Shown here: positions 31,407 to 41,350 of the stretch, piece by piece | Numbering within the stretch: position 1 is the first letter of the stretch | Layout of the letters: every line of letters starts with the position of its first letter | Source of the DNA: an uncultured Bacteroidales bacterium | GTDB lineage: Bacteria > Bacteroidota > Bacteroidia > Bacteroidales > P3 | NCBI GenBank assembly: GCA_905233475.1 | Contig: CAJOEN010000001.1 | Coordinates: 62,413-126,412, forward strand | Reading direction: 5' to 3' | Length of the DNA stretch: 64,000 nucleotides | The notes under the pieces: generated by a model | Told to the model about the DNA's origin: nothing | The model's database searches: none | The model's input: only the letters and a program-made list of their open reading frames with translations | Program-made: the position numbers and the translations under genes

Positions 31407-31990
31407 ATTTCAAGCATTACGTTACTGTTTTTGGCGAGTCGGCGCAGGTTGATTATGGCGTAGCGCATGCGGCCGAGGGCGGTGTTGATGCTCACTCCTG
31501 TTTTTTCGGCAATGTCCTTGAACTCATATTTACCGTAATGGCGCAGTATCACCACGCGACGCTGCTCGTCGGGGAGTTTCTTTATCAGTTTGCGTATGTC
31601 CTGACGGGTCTGCTTTTTGATTACCACTTTTTCCACATTGTCGTCGAGCACGCGCAGGTTTTCGAGTAGGAAATCGTTTTTGTTCACCGTGGGGAGCTTG
31701 CTTACCCTGCGGAAATGATCCACAATAAGGTTGTGGGCTATGCGCATAACCCAGTGTATGAACTTGTTTTCGTCCTTGTACATGCCAGAGTTGATGGTCT
31801 GCACAACTTTAAGAAAAGTGTCCTGAAATATGTCGTCGGCCACGTTTTTGTCCTTAACAACGGAAAAAATATAGCCGTAAACTTTTGCCTGATGGCGAGA
31901 CAGAAGAATCTCGAAATCTGCATAATTACCATTTCTGTAGCCGTCTATCAGCTCGTTGTCGCTGACGTATGCTTTGGTTGCCACGTTCAT
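31403..31990 (-). CDS. ECF-type RNA polymerase sigma-70 factor
   Basis: ADDIFQDTF.KV, WVMRIAHNL.VD.FR, LPDEQR.V..LR, VSINTALGRMRYA. Confidence 0.93.
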   Translation of the reverse strand: MNVATKAYVSDNELIDGYRNGNYADFEILLSRHQAKVYGYIFSVVKDKNVADDIFQDTFLKVVQTINSGMYKDENKFIHWVMRIAHNLIVDHFRRVSKLPTVNKNDFLLENLRVLDDNVEKVVIKKQTRQDIRKLIKKLPDEQRRVVILRHYGKYEFKDIAEKTGVSINTALGRMRYAIINLRRLAKNSNVMLEI

Positions 31991-32286
31991 AATAACCTCC
32001 TTTATTTTTGGGTTTTTATTTATGTTTTCTTTTACAAAAATAGTAGTTATGTTTCGATAATTATGCGTTTTTAGTTAATACTTGTTTTAAATATATTTCG
32101 AACTGCAAAAATACATTATTTTTTCGATTCCACAAAATAAATTTCTCGTTTTTCCGTAGTATATTTTTATATATCTAATTTCCAAGGTGTTAATATTTTT
32201 CTTTTTTTATTCCTTATTATTTCTGCTTTCCGAAAGTACTATTTTGTACCATTTTTTTGTGAAAACTTATCGCATGGGAGTGTTTT

Positions 32287-33612
32287 TTATAAAAATGGCG
32301 TGAAATATACCGGCAGACATTTGGTTTGTCCATCTGTCTGATAATCTTTGGTGTATATCAAATATCTGTCATTGATGCGTGACGAGTATTTCTGACAAAA
32401 GGCATCCAACGACTTGTGCGTTTTATAGCCCGAGGATTTCACTTCGATAGGACAAAGCTTGTTGCCACGCGACAACAAAAAATCCACCTCGTAATTGTGG
32501 TTGCTCTCAGTTGGGAATGTATGATAGAACAATTCATTACCCGTACTTTTCAGCATCTGTGCAACCAAATTTTCGTAGATGTATCCCAAATTGGCTTCAA
32601 GCTTGTCGCTCAACAACTTGCTATAGATTGTGTTTTCGGTAAATGCTTTGTCGCGAAAAGCAAGGGTGATAAAAAGGCCTGTGTCGGCGACAAACATTTT
32701 GTAACGGTAAATGTTTTGCGACAGAGGCATACCCACATTCGGGTCATTGATATGGTAGGCCAATAGTATTGTCATACTGTCAGCCATATCTGCAACCACG
32801 CTTGCTACACGTTGCGCATCTTGATTTTCCAAAACACTTGAGATCTGGTATCTGCCAGAATTGTTTGTAAGTTGCGAAGGTATGGCGGCAAACAATTGTG
32901 AAGCTCTGCCTGTATTGTCAATTTTGTTGAAGTCGTCTTGATACAGCTCTATTATTTCTCTTTTAATGTCGTCAACTGCCTGCAAATTATTTGTTTGCAG
33001 ATATGCGTCGATAGATTGCGGCATACCGCCGACAAGCATATACAAACGTAAGTCACGCATTATTTTGCGATGCGAGCTCCCCAATGGCTGTCGTAATTCC
33101 CGGAACTTATGCAGCGTATCGAATGTGGTGGTGTTGCCCAAAGCCCAATAAAACTCCTCGAAGTCCATTGGATATAATGTAAGACGGGTTTCTTCGGATG
33201 GGATAACAATATCTTTCACATTCTTTTTAATGCTTAATAGCGAACCTGTTTCGATATAGTCGTATCGTCCGTCTTTCACCAAGTATTTAATGGCTTGTCG
33301 CGCAATAGGTTTGAGTTGTATTTCATCGAATATTATGACGGATTCTCGCTTATATAGTTTTACCCCGGTTTCTACCTCAAGACGCATAAAAAATAAGTCC
33401 AAGTCGCTAATATCATCAAAAAGTTCGTTTACCTTTTTGGAAACATTTGCAAAATCGATTAGGATATATGATTTGTATTCGTTTTTCGCAAATTGAAGAG
33501 CCAAAGTGGACTTGCCCACTCTCCTTGCCCCTTTTATCAGCAAAGCCGTAGTGCCTTTGCGCTCTCTTTTCCATTTGAGCATCTGCTCATATAATTTCCT
33601 CTTGAAAACCAT
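32287..33612 (-). CDS. AAA_14 / DUF4143-type ATP-binding protein with C-terminal PD-(D/E)XK-like motif
   Basis: GARRVGKS, IIFDEIQ, IETGSL, PMDFEEF, YMLVGGMP, KMFVADTGL, YEVDFL...PIEVKS. Confidence 0.92.
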   Translation of the reverse strand: MVFKRKLYEQMLKWKRERKGTTALLIKGARRVGKSTLALQFAKNEYKSYILIDFANVSKKVNELFDDISDLDLFFMRLEVETGVKLYKRESVIIFDEIQLKPIARQAIKYLVKDGRYDYIETGSLLSIKKNVKDIVIPSEETRLTLYPMDFEEFYWALGNTTTFDTLHKFRELRQPLGSSHRKIMRDLRLYMLVGGMPQSIDAYLQTNNLQAVDDIKREIIELYQDDFNKIDNTGRASQLFAAIPSQLTNNSGRYQISSVLENQDAQRVASVVADMADSMTILLAYHINDPNVGMPLSQNIYRYKMFVADTGLFITLAFRDKAFTENTIYSKLLSDKLEANLGYIYENLVAQMLKSTGNELFYHTFPTESNHNYEVDFLLSRGNKLCPIEVKSSGYKTHKSLDAFCQKYSSRINDRYLIYTKDYQTDGQTKCLPVYFTPFL

Positions 33613-33636
33613 ATTGATAAACGATTATTTTTTTTG

Positions 33637-33667
33637 CAAAGATAGCACTTTTTTTTGTATCCGCAAA
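33637..33667 (-). promoter_or_regulatory. -7 (TATCTTTG) / -33 (TTTG) promoter of the ATPase gene
   Basis: reverse complement of CAAAGATA 33637-33644; CAAA 33664-33667 lies inside the first partial repeat. Confidence 0.65.
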
Positions 33668-33767
33668 ATTTATTTCCACAAAAATGCGTAAATCCGCAAA
33701 AAGTTTTTTCGCAAAAATGCGTAAATCCGCAAAATTTATTTATATAAAAATGCGTAAATCCGCAAAA
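33659..33767. repeat. 3.5 copies of 22-bp AAAAATGCGTAAATCCGCAAAA with 11-bp variable spacers (33-bp period)
   Basis: perfect copies at 33680, 33713, 33746; half copy ATCCGCAAAA at 33659. Confidence 0.95.
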
Positions 33768-33848
33768 TGTAACAGTTCAACATATCATCAATTCAACAAT
33801 TAAACAAAAAAAACGTACCTTTGCAAAACCAATAAAGTGTTTCAAAAG

Positions 33849-34361
33849 ATGAAGAGATTGTTACTGCTTTTCGCGTTGTGGGCAAGTGTCTGCTGTTTTT
33901 CGCAAACGGTTGACCTCGAATGACAATGAGCGTTTCACATGGGTAGAAAACGACATTAACGGATGTCTTGTCTATTTTATCGACACTGTGGCAAACGAAT
34001 ATTATATGTGCAAGGTGAAAGACAGCTCATCTCGGTTCCGCTGCTACTTCTTGGCAAAAATTGTATTATAGTATTCAAATACAAGCGAAAATATTACTCT
34101 TCTTCGGAAAAATGCATTGACTCGATGATTGTTTATAATAATAAAGGGTGGATTTTTAGGATATTTGATAACCAAGAATTATCCGACAGGTTTTATTTTT
34201 GCATTCACAGAAAAGGAACTGTGTGGGAATTTGGATCTATATCTATAGATTATAGCGGTTACTTTGGCAGATATAAAAAACTTCCCAAGTATTTCCGCTA
34301 CGGCCGCAAATTAGTGAAAAAATCAAAACGGCACGGACGTTTGCTGCAAAATGGTAATTAA
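33849..34361 (+). pseudogene. frameshifted gene for an exported hypothetical protein
   Basis: signal peptide MKRLLLLFALWASVCCFS, stop after 24 codons; coding-like continuation in the +1 frame, then back in the original frame to 34361; TACCTTTG box upstream. Confidence 0.55.
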
Positions 34362-34418
34362 AAAATCGGCTACACGCTGTATGTAGCTAATGGGATGTAC
34401 CTATGAAAATGATAAAAG

Positions 34419-34805
34419 CTACAACAGAGATTTTGTTGTGTCCATAAAAACACGTGCGGCAAGCATTACACCATCCAAATCTTCTTTGCAAAAATCAAAC
34501 ATATCGCCATAGTCGCTTTTTGTACGCCAGTTTAGCAATTTGGAGTAAACTCTGAAAGTGTCTGCCGACATCTGGCCTGTGCGCACAACACTCTCCGAAA
34601 ATTTGGCGAGAACGCCCGTATGCGACTTGGCCCCGTAGCCTCGGTCCAACAACAATGCCGAAGCGACATAAAAACAAGCATAATACAGTCTGTTCACAGC
34701 CGAATTCCACTGTTCCGCTTCGTACAATATCTCAGAGGCACGATACACCTCCTCGGCCTTTTCAAAACGGTAGTTTACGAATTCTCTTACATCCGGTTGT
34801 TCCAT
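34419..34805 (-). CDS. HEPN domain protein (UPF0332-like), partner of MNT
   Basis: AVNRLYYACF, KSH.G, R...DY motif; immediately downstream of MNT. Confidence 0.88.
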   Translation of the reverse strand: MEQPDVREFVNYRFEKAEEVYRASEILYEAEQWNSAVNRLYYACFYVASALLLDRGYGAKSHTGVLAKFSESVVRTGQMSADTFRVYSKLLNWRTKSDYGDMFDFCKEDLDGVMLAARVFMDTTKSLL

Positions 34806-34810
34806 CGTCT

Positions 34811-35125
34811 TCAAATTTTAATCGCTTCGCGGATTACATTTTGGTAAAATGGCGTTATGCTGTGCCGGCCATGCCAGTCTGTTTTGCCGTATGCAAAAAG
34901 ATGTATTACCTGACCGCTCTCTATAATCAGGTCGGTCATGTGGTCGATAAAAAGGCTCTCCTCTGTTACGGAAAGTGAATTTCTGGGAGACAAAACCAGA
35001 ATATCCCAATCGGACTCCTCGTTAGCGGTGCCTCGAGCCCTTGAGCCGTAAAGCCACACTTCGGCATAAGGGTCAACCTCATGCACATTGGCTTTAATCC
35101 GTTCTTTCATGTCCAATTCTGTCAT
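34811..35125 (-). CDS. minimal nucleotidyltransferase (MNT)
   Basis: LYGSRARG....SDWD = GSx10DxD. Confidence 0.9.
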   Translation of the reverse strand: MTELDMKERIKANVHEVDPYAEVWLYGSRARGTANEESDWDILVLSPRNSLSVTEESLFIDHMTDLIIESGQVIHLFAYGKTDWHGRHSITPFYQNVIREAIKI

Positions 35126-35281
35126 AATTCATCCCATTTTTTCGTTTTGCAAAAATATGTTTTTTCCCTGAAATAACAAAATAATATCTCATAATGCGAA
35201 AATTTCCGTACCTTTGAAACGTAAAAACAAGCGGCATTTTTTAGAACAAAATTCTATTAATACGCTCGTACACAGTTTTTT

Positions 35282-36907
35282 ATGACAACACAAGAAACAC
35301 TACGGACTCTGCTATTTTTGTGCGTGGCAACGCTTGTGGCTGCCTGCGCCCGCACCGGCTACCCCTCGGGCGGCGAGACAGACCGCACCCCGCCGGAAAT
35401 CACAAAAGTGTCGCCCGAAAACCGTACCACCAACTTCAACGGCAAGGGCTTCACGCTGGAAACCGACGAGTATGTGGTGCTGAAAGACGTCAATAATCAG
35501 GTGATTATCTCCCCGCCTATGAAGCAGTTCCCGCAAATCACCTCCACGGGAAAGAAGATAAAAGTCGTTATCAAGGACACCCTGCAGGAGAACACCACCT
35601 ACCTTTTCCAGTTCCGCGACGCCATTGCCGACAACAACGAGGGCAACCTGCTCAGCGATTTCAGCTATGTCTTCTCCACCGGTGCCAGCCTCGACAGCCT
35701 TTCGTTTTGCGGTAACGTAAATGACGCCCTCACCGGCGAGCCCGACAAAAAAATCTTTGTATTTCTTTACAACACTTTCGACGACTCGGTTGTAACATCG
35801 CACCCTGCATACGCCACAAAAACAGACGACAAAGGTTGTTTCCGCTTCCAGTACCTCGCCGACAAAAAATACAAAATCATAGCCCTCGACGATTTGGACA
35901 AGAGCTACACATACAACTCCGTTGCCGAGAAAATCGGATTCTCGTCCGACACCATCACGCCCTATTATCTCGCCGACAGCGTAAAGCCCGACTATTCGCA
36001 GTATGCCCTCAAGACCTTTGTGCAGGAATCGGCGGTGCAGCGTGTGGCCAAAAGCGATTTCGTTTCCAAGGGCAAGGTGCAGATTTCCACGGTGCTGCCC
36101 ATGCAGAACCCCACCGTCGATGCCGACAGCGTGAAGATTTTTTGGTTACTCAACGCCACACGCGACACTATTAACCTTTGGCTCATAGACAAGGAACTCG
36201 ACTCGCTGAAACTCATCCTACGCGACAGCTCCGGCATAGACGACACTCTAAAAATGCGCCGTTTCAACCGTCGCGGACCGGTAGTGGGCGGTAATGCCTT
36301 TATGAAAGCCAACTTTGCAAACACTCTGCCGTATTTCGACACTTTCTGCCTAACCTTTACAAATCCTATAGAAAAAATCACCGACGCCGCCACCGCCGTG
36401 TATTACAAAACCGCTACCGATAGTGCTTTTGCCACCATCGTATTCGATACCATTTCCCGTAGAAAGGCTACTCTACTAATACCAGTGATACAGGACGAAA
36501 AATACGACATCACCGTGTTTGGAGGCCATTTTCACGACATTTTCGGCACCAGCAACGATACCACAAAAATCAAAACTGAGGTTACCACAGCGGAGAAATA
36601 CGGCAACATCATCCTAAATTTCGAAGCCCCCGACAACAGCGAACATTATGTTCTTCAGCTGCTTTCGACTTCCGGCAAGGTTGTGGACGAGCAGACCTTT
36701 GCAGGCTCGCAGAAAGTGCTTTTCAAACATCTTAGCGCCGGCACATACAAAGTCCGCGCCATCAAGGACGACAACGCCAACAGCAAATGGGACAGCGGCA
36801 ACTACTGGGAAAAACGTCAGGCAGAGGAGTCGCGATATTTCGAAAAGGAGATAAAAGTGCGCGAGAACTGGAATTTCGAAGAAACTTTCAAATGGCAGAA
36901 ACAATGA
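35282..36907 (+). CDS. Ig-like (Big_5) domain lipoprotein
   Basis: lipobox VAAC, P.GG..D.TPP, AI.DNNEGN, D.NAN.KWDSG. Confidence 0.85.
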   Translation: MTTQETLRTLLFLCVATLVAACARTGYPSGGETDRTPPEITKVSPENRTTNFNGKGFTLETDEYVVLKDVNNQVIISPPMKQFPQITSTGKKIKVVIKDTLQENTTYLFQFRDAIADNNEGNLLSDFSYVFSTGASLDSLSFCGNVNDALTGEPDKKIFVFLYNTFDDSVVTSHPAYATKTDDKGCFRFQYLADKKYKIIALDDLDKSYTYNSVAEKIGFSSDTITPYYLADSVKPDYSQYALKTFVQESAVQRVAKSDFVSKGKVQISTVLPMQNPTVDADSVKIFWLLNATRDTINLWLIDKELDSLKLILRDSSGIDDTLKMRRFNRRGPVVGGNAFMKANFANTLPYFDTFCLTFTNPIEKITDAATAVYYKTATDSAFATIVFDTISRRKATLLIPVIQDEKYDITVFGGHFHDIFGTSNDTTKIKTEVTTAEKYGNIILNFEAPDNSEHYVLQLLSTSGKVVDEQTFAGSQKVLFKHLSAGTYKVRAIKDDNANSKWDSGNYWEKRQAEESRYFEKEIKVRENWNFEETFKWQKQ

Positions 36908-37590
36908 CAAAGGTAAACCCCAACATAGAAGCGAGCTGGCTCGAGGTGCTGCGTCCCGATTTCGAGGCGGAGTATTTCGCACGGCTCAAAGATTTTTTGG
37001 TCGAAGAACGCTCAAAATACAAATGTTTCCCTCCGGGCAAGGACATCTTTTCGGCTTTTTGGCACACCCCTTTCGACAAGGTTAAGGTGGTGATTTTGGG
37101 ACAGGACCCCTACCACAACGACGGACAGGCGCACGGACTCTGTTTCTCTGTGCCTCAGGGTGTGGCGTGCCCCCCCTCTTTGGTGAACATTTTCAAGGAG
37201 ATAAACTCCGACCTCGGACTTAACATCCCCCTCACCTGCGGCACTCTCACGGGCTGGGCCGACCAAGGGGTGTTCCTGCTCAACACCACGCTCACGGTAA
37301 GGGCGCATCAGGCATACTCGCACGCCGGACACGGCTGGGAGACGTTCACCGACAGCGTTATACGCAACCTCTCCGACCGTCGCACGGGACTGGTGTTCCT
37401 GCTCTGGGGCAGTCCCGCCATTGCAAAAGCCAAACTGATAGACCGCACCAAACACCATGTGCTTACGGCACCGCACCCTTCGCCGCTTTCGGCATACCGC
37501 GGTTTCTTCGGCTGCAAGCATTTCTCTCAGACCAACGCCATACTCGCCAGCCAAGGCCAGGAGCCTATCGACTGGGCAAAGACAGTTTGA
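36904..37590 (+). CDS. ung: uracil-DNA glycosylase family 1
   Basis: VVILGQDPYH, QAHGLCFSV, PPSL.NI, LLNTTLTV, HPSPLSAYRGFFG. Confidence 0.97.
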   Translation: MTKVNPNIEASWLEVLRPDFEAEYFARLKDFLVEERSKYKCFPPGKDIFSAFWHTPFDKVKVVILGQDPYHNDGQAHGLCFSVPQGVACPPSLVNIFKEINSDLGLNIPLTCGTLTGWADQGVFLLNTTLTVRAHQAYSHAGHGWETFTDSVIRNLSDRRTGLVFLLWGSPAIAKAKLIDRTKHHVLTAPHPSPLSAYRGFFGCKHFSQTNAILASQGQEPIDWAKTV

Positions 37591-37620
37591 GGCAAATTTT
37601 TTTTACAAAAAATAAAGTGA

Positions 37621-37645
37621 CAATACATTAAAAATAAATGTATTG
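37621..37645. promoter_or_regulatory. inverted repeat CAATACATT-N7-AATGTATTG (possible operator)
   Basis: perfect 9-bp arms 30 bp after the ung stop and upstream of a TATTTTTG box near 37702. Confidence 0.35.
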
Positions 37646-37905
37646 CTTAAAAACCTAATATTTTTTTATGTTTTCATTTGGTGATTCCAATATTTTTTTC
37701 TATTTTTGCAAATTGTAATTTTTAGTCTAAAATTGTATCTTAACGCAGAAAATAGGAGGATCTGCAAACGTGGAAATCCCAAAACCGCGAGAGCCACGAT
37801 AAATAAAGGGTAGCGAAATTCATTTTTTAGTTTCATTTATTATTGTAATATGAAATTCATCTCAGAAACATAAATCAATAGTCAAAAAACATAAAGTAAA
37901 ATACT

Positions 37906-38661
37906 ATGAAGGCAATTAAATACATACTGTTTTTGTCATTATTGACAGTCCTCGGAGAAACTCGCTCTCAATCCTCAGTTGCAATTGAGAGCGACAGTCT
38001 ATCAATTACAACTTTTTCTGATTTCATGGATAATGTTATGCAGAAAGTGCAACAATACACTATCCCGACAGATGTCCTTTATAGTTCAGAAAAAAACTTT
38101 AACGGAAAGACGCAAGAAACCACTACGGCCAAATTAGACACCGAGTTTGAAATAAAACAAGCCAAACTACACAAACGCAGTGGTTCAAATGTCAAGTTCT
38201 CTGTTAAAGACGCTGTAACCAATTCAAAGACCGACCAAAAAGGGAAGAAGGCGTTTTCTGAAAAAGACAATGTAAAAGCACTGCTTGACAATAATCCTTG
38301 CATCAACAGGAAAGGAGTATTTGACGCTTTTGGCAAAAATATGCTTTTTGCAGGTGTTAAAATGGATACCGAAAACGGCACCTCCTATGCTCATTATATG
38401 TGGACGGGGTCAGGTAAACATGCGGGAGACACTATCCGTGTAACAACGGAGCATAACAGTGGCGCAATCCGACATTGTGAACTTATTTCAAGTGAAAAGA
38501 AAGACAATTTGGAGGTTGTTTTCTCATTCAGTTACTCTTTCACTAACAAAGATGATTCCATCATTCCTATAGAAATGTGTTTCAAGTCGATAGAAAGGAA
38601 TGTCTCCAATACTAACCCATTCGAATATACAATAAGCAATATTATTGTAGCAAAGAATTGA
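37906..38661 (+). CDS. exported hypothetical protein (cassette cargo)
   Basis: 251-aa ORF, signal peptide, AT-richer codon usage than its neighbours. Confidence 0.75.
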   Translation: MKAIKYILFLSLLTVLGETRSQSSVAIESDSLSITTFSDFMDNVMQKVQQYTIPTDVLYSSEKNFNGKTQETTTAKLDTEFEIKQAKLHKRSGSNVKFSVKDAVTNSKTDQKGKKAFSEKDNVKALLDNNPCINRKGVFDAFGKNMLFAGVKMDTENGTSYAHYMWTGSGKHAGDTIRVTTEHNSGAIRHCELISSEKKDNLEVVFSFSYSFTNKDDSIIPIEMCFKSIERNVSNTNPFEYTISNIIVAKN

Positions 38662-38709
38662 GTTTAGTTCATGTCTCTAAACATTCTTTTATATCAAGTA
38701 CTTGAATAC

Positions 38710-38744
38710 GGAAGGTGTCAATTGTCGGCACCTTCCATATTTTT
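38710..38744 (+). terminator. intrinsic terminator of the cargo gene
   Basis: GGAAGGTGTC/GGCACCTTCC hairpin followed by ATATTTTT. Confidence 0.65.
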
Positions 38745-38766
38745 AGGATTAGCTTCAATCCCCAAC

Positions 38767-38873
38767 CCGTTTTCGGCATATTGCGAATTTTCGGCCACAA
38801 GCATTTCTCGCAAACCAACGCAATACTCGCCAGACAAGGACAGGAACCTATAAATTGGACACATACTGTGTGA
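38767..38873 (+). pseudogene. ung: second, diverged copy of the ung 3' end
   Basis: 38790-38873 encodes FGHKHFSQTNAILARQGQEPINWTHTV* versus FGCKHFSQTNAILASQGQEPIDWAKTV* at 37507-37590. Confidence 0.92.
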
Positions 38874-38976
38874 GCGGAGTTGTTTTTTGAAACATATCTC
38901 AAAAAAATATCATACCTTTGCATAAACATCAAACAAAACGTCAGAAACGTAAAACACTAATCAACAACAATATAAG

Positions 38977-39519
38977 ATGGCACTACTGCACCGTTATCAA
39001 TCCACAATGCACGGCAACTACAAAAAATTCATACTAATTTTTGGACCCGTGGCAGCCATTGCACTGATACTTTCGGTTTTGGCACGCCTATACTTTTTCG
39101 ACCCCATAGAAACTCCTGTGTCGTGGACGGACAATATAGTTCTTGCAATCTGCCTTATAATGTTCACTCTCCTATACCGTAGCACACTGCCCGAAAGAAA
39201 AGTTACGTTCAAGGAGATTTTCATCCTCACCGTGGGACTCAGCACTGTGGCTGCCGTATTGTACGCCCTCTACCTTTGGCACTACGGCCTCCACACCGAT
39301 CCCGACTTCCCCCAACGTTTTCTCGACTCCGAATTGGCCAAACACAACGCCGGCGAAGATGGCTACGACACCGCTGTGGAACAAGTGAAATACATGGCCA
39401 CTCCAAAATATCTCGCTTTTATGGGCGGCGTTTACACCGTTGTTACATCGTTTATTTTGGGGTTCTTTGTTGCACTGCTGTTCAAAACGGAAAAAAGCCC
39501 TCGATACACAAAAAAATAA
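38977..39519 (+). CDS. DUF4199-like membrane protein
   Basis: 4 TM segments with a soluble DPDF...F loop between TM3 and TM4. Confidence 0.7.
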   Translation: MALLHRYQSTMHGNYKKFILIFGPVAAIALILSVLARLYFFDPIETPVSWTDNIVLAICLIMFTLLYRSTLPERKVTFKEIFILTVGLSTVAAVLYALYLWHYGLHTDPDFPQRFLDSELAKHNAGEDGYDTAVEQVKYMATPKYLAFMGGVYTVVTSFILGFFVALLFKTEKSPRYTKK

Positions 39520-39694
39520 ACACACAATCAACTACAAATCAGAAGATAGCAGGTTTTCTGTGGAAAAAGAAAATTTGCCTATTTCAGGATTTTTTTGTAT
39601 CTTTGCAATTCCAAAACACATAGGCATGGTCTATAGGGAATTTGGAATAAAGTATTATAAACCACATAATTACTTCACACAAAAAAACATCCTG

Positions 39695-40699
39695 ATGAAA
39701 GTTAAAAACATATTGATTTCTCAACCCGAACCAGCAAATTTGGAGAAATCTCCGTACTATCCCCTGATTGAAAAATACAACGTGAATTTAACTTTTTTCA
39801 AATTTTTCGACATAGTAGGTGTGCCTGTTGCCGAATTCCGCAAAAGTCGGATACACGTAAGCGATTATACCGCCGTGATTTTCAACAGCAAAAACGCTAT
39901 CGACCACTTCTTCCGCATGGAAAAGGAGTTACGCGAAACGCCGCCAGACACAATGAAATATTTCTGCACTACCAAAGCTATAGCCCTTTACTTGCAAAAC
40001 TACGTACAGTATCGCAAACGCAAGGTATTTTTCGCTGAACAAACTTTCGCCGACCTTATCGACCTTATGTCGAAGCACAAGGACGAGCGTTTTTTATTCC
40101 CTTGCTCCTCCGAAAAACAGACCGACAACACAAAAATGCTCGACAAAGGCAAATTCAAATACACCAAAGCCATCATGTACCGTTCTGTACCTAAAGACCT
40201 TACGCATTTCGACATGTCAAAATTCGACATGGTGGCACTTTTCTCACCCATAGGGGTGAACTCGTTGTTGGAAAGTTTCCCCAATTTCGCCGAAAACGAC
40301 AAAATAATCGTCGCAGCTTTCGGTCCATCGACTCATTCGGCAATAAACGCGGCAAACATAAAACTCGCTATAGCGGCACCTTCCAAAAACGCGCCCTCCA
40401 TGCCTGCGGCAATAGAGAATTTTATCCTTGGCAAAGAGCAGGGTGCCACCATCATTGCCAAACCCGCTTCGCTAAAGAAATCATCTTCCAAGAAAAACTC
40501 CTCAAAGAAAACCAAATCGGTGTTCACCAACAAGAGCAAATATAAACAAATGCTTGAGGAGAAAAAAGCCCTTAACGCCGCACGCCGCAAGGAACGCCAA
40601 CTTGAAAAAGCCCGCAAGGAAGCAGAAAAACTCGCCGCCGAAACAGCGGCTTCACAAACAGCGGTTGCCCAAACCACAGCCAATAACATAACAGACTGA
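39695..40699 (+). CDS. hemD: uroporphyrinogen-III synthase family protein with a basic C-terminal extension
   Basis: KVKNILISQPEP...KSPY, A.YLQ.YVQYRKRKVFF, FSP.G..SL..FP, AP....PSM; precedes rnpA. Confidence 0.85.
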   Translation: MKVKNILISQPEPANLEKSPYYPLIEKYNVNLTFFKFFDIVGVPVAEFRKSRIHVSDYTAVIFNSKNAIDHFFRMEKELRETPPDTMKYFCTTKAIALYLQNYVQYRKRKVFFAEQTFADLIDLMSKHKDERFLFPCSSEKQTDNTKMLDKGKFKYTKAIMYRSVPKDLTHFDMSKFDMVALFSPIGVNSLLESFPNFAENDKIIVAAFGPSTHSAINAANIKLAIAAPSKNAPSMPAAIENFILGKEQGATIIAKPASLKKSSSKKNSSKKTKSVFTNKSKYKQMLEEKKALNAARRKERQLEKARKEAEKLAAETAASQTAVAQTTANNITD

Positions 40700-40718
40700 A
40701 CAAACCTTTGCCCTACAG

Positions 40719-41132
40719 ATGCACAATACCTTCAACAAAAGGGAACGGCTGTGCGGCAAAAAGAAAATCGACGCTCTTTTCGCACAAGAGAACAGTTTTT
40801 TTTCATACCCTTTCGTGGTGCGTTGGCAACTAAATACCGACGAACAAGCCTATCCAGCACAGATACTTATAGTCGTACCGAAACGCAAGTTGCGTCATGC
40901 CGTTGATAGAAACCGCACCAAACGCCTTATACGCGAATGCTACCGTATGCAGAAACACCGTTTATACACTTTTCTTTCCGACAATAGTCTCAATATGTGC
41001 TTCTCTTTAAGCTATATCGACACCAAAACACCCGAGTTTCATATGCTGATGGAGAAAACCACAACAATGATAGAAACACTTTGTCAGCACGTCGAAAAAA
41101 ACATCCCCCCTACCCCATGTTCAAACTCGTAA
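40719..41132 (+). CDS. rnpA: ribonuclease P protein component
   Basis: [29 protein letters not shown] (RNR motif). Confidence 0.93.
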   Translation: MHNTFNKRERLCGKKKIDALFAQENSFFSYPFVVRWQLNTDEQAYPAQILIVVPKRKLRHAVDRNRTKRLIRECYRMQKHRLYTFLSDNSLNMCFSLSYIDTKTPEFHMLMEKTTTMIETLCQHVEKNIPPTPCSNS

Positions 41133-41350
41133 GTGCTATAATACAGAAATTTTTCCTGCTCCTAATCAGGTTTTATCAAAACTGTATATCGCCGTTCACG
41201 CCCCCGGCATGTCGGTACACTCCCACCTGCTCGCAGTATGCGGTGGAAGCAATACGCAAATACGGGCCTTTTAAAGGCGCATGGCTGGCTTTAAAAAGAA
41301 TTTTGAGGTGTAACCCTTGGGGCGGCAGCGGATACGACCCTGTGCCGTAA
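41117..41350 (+). CDS. yidD: membrane protein insertion efficiency factor
   Basis: [42 protein letters not shown]. Confidence 0.95.
   Translation: MFKLVSAIIQKFFLLLIRFYQNCISPFTPPACRYTPTCSQYAVEAIRKYGPFKGAWLALKRILRCNPWGGSGYDPVP

Noticed and set aside
33659..33767. mini CRISPR array
   Set aside because: 11-bp AT-rich spacers are far too short, two resemble each other, and there are no cas genes
37745..37822. c-di-GMP-I riboswitch or ops-like element in the cargo leader
   Set aside because: GCAAA, GAAA and GGTAGCG words are present but the required P2/P3 pairings are not; only two 5-bp stems
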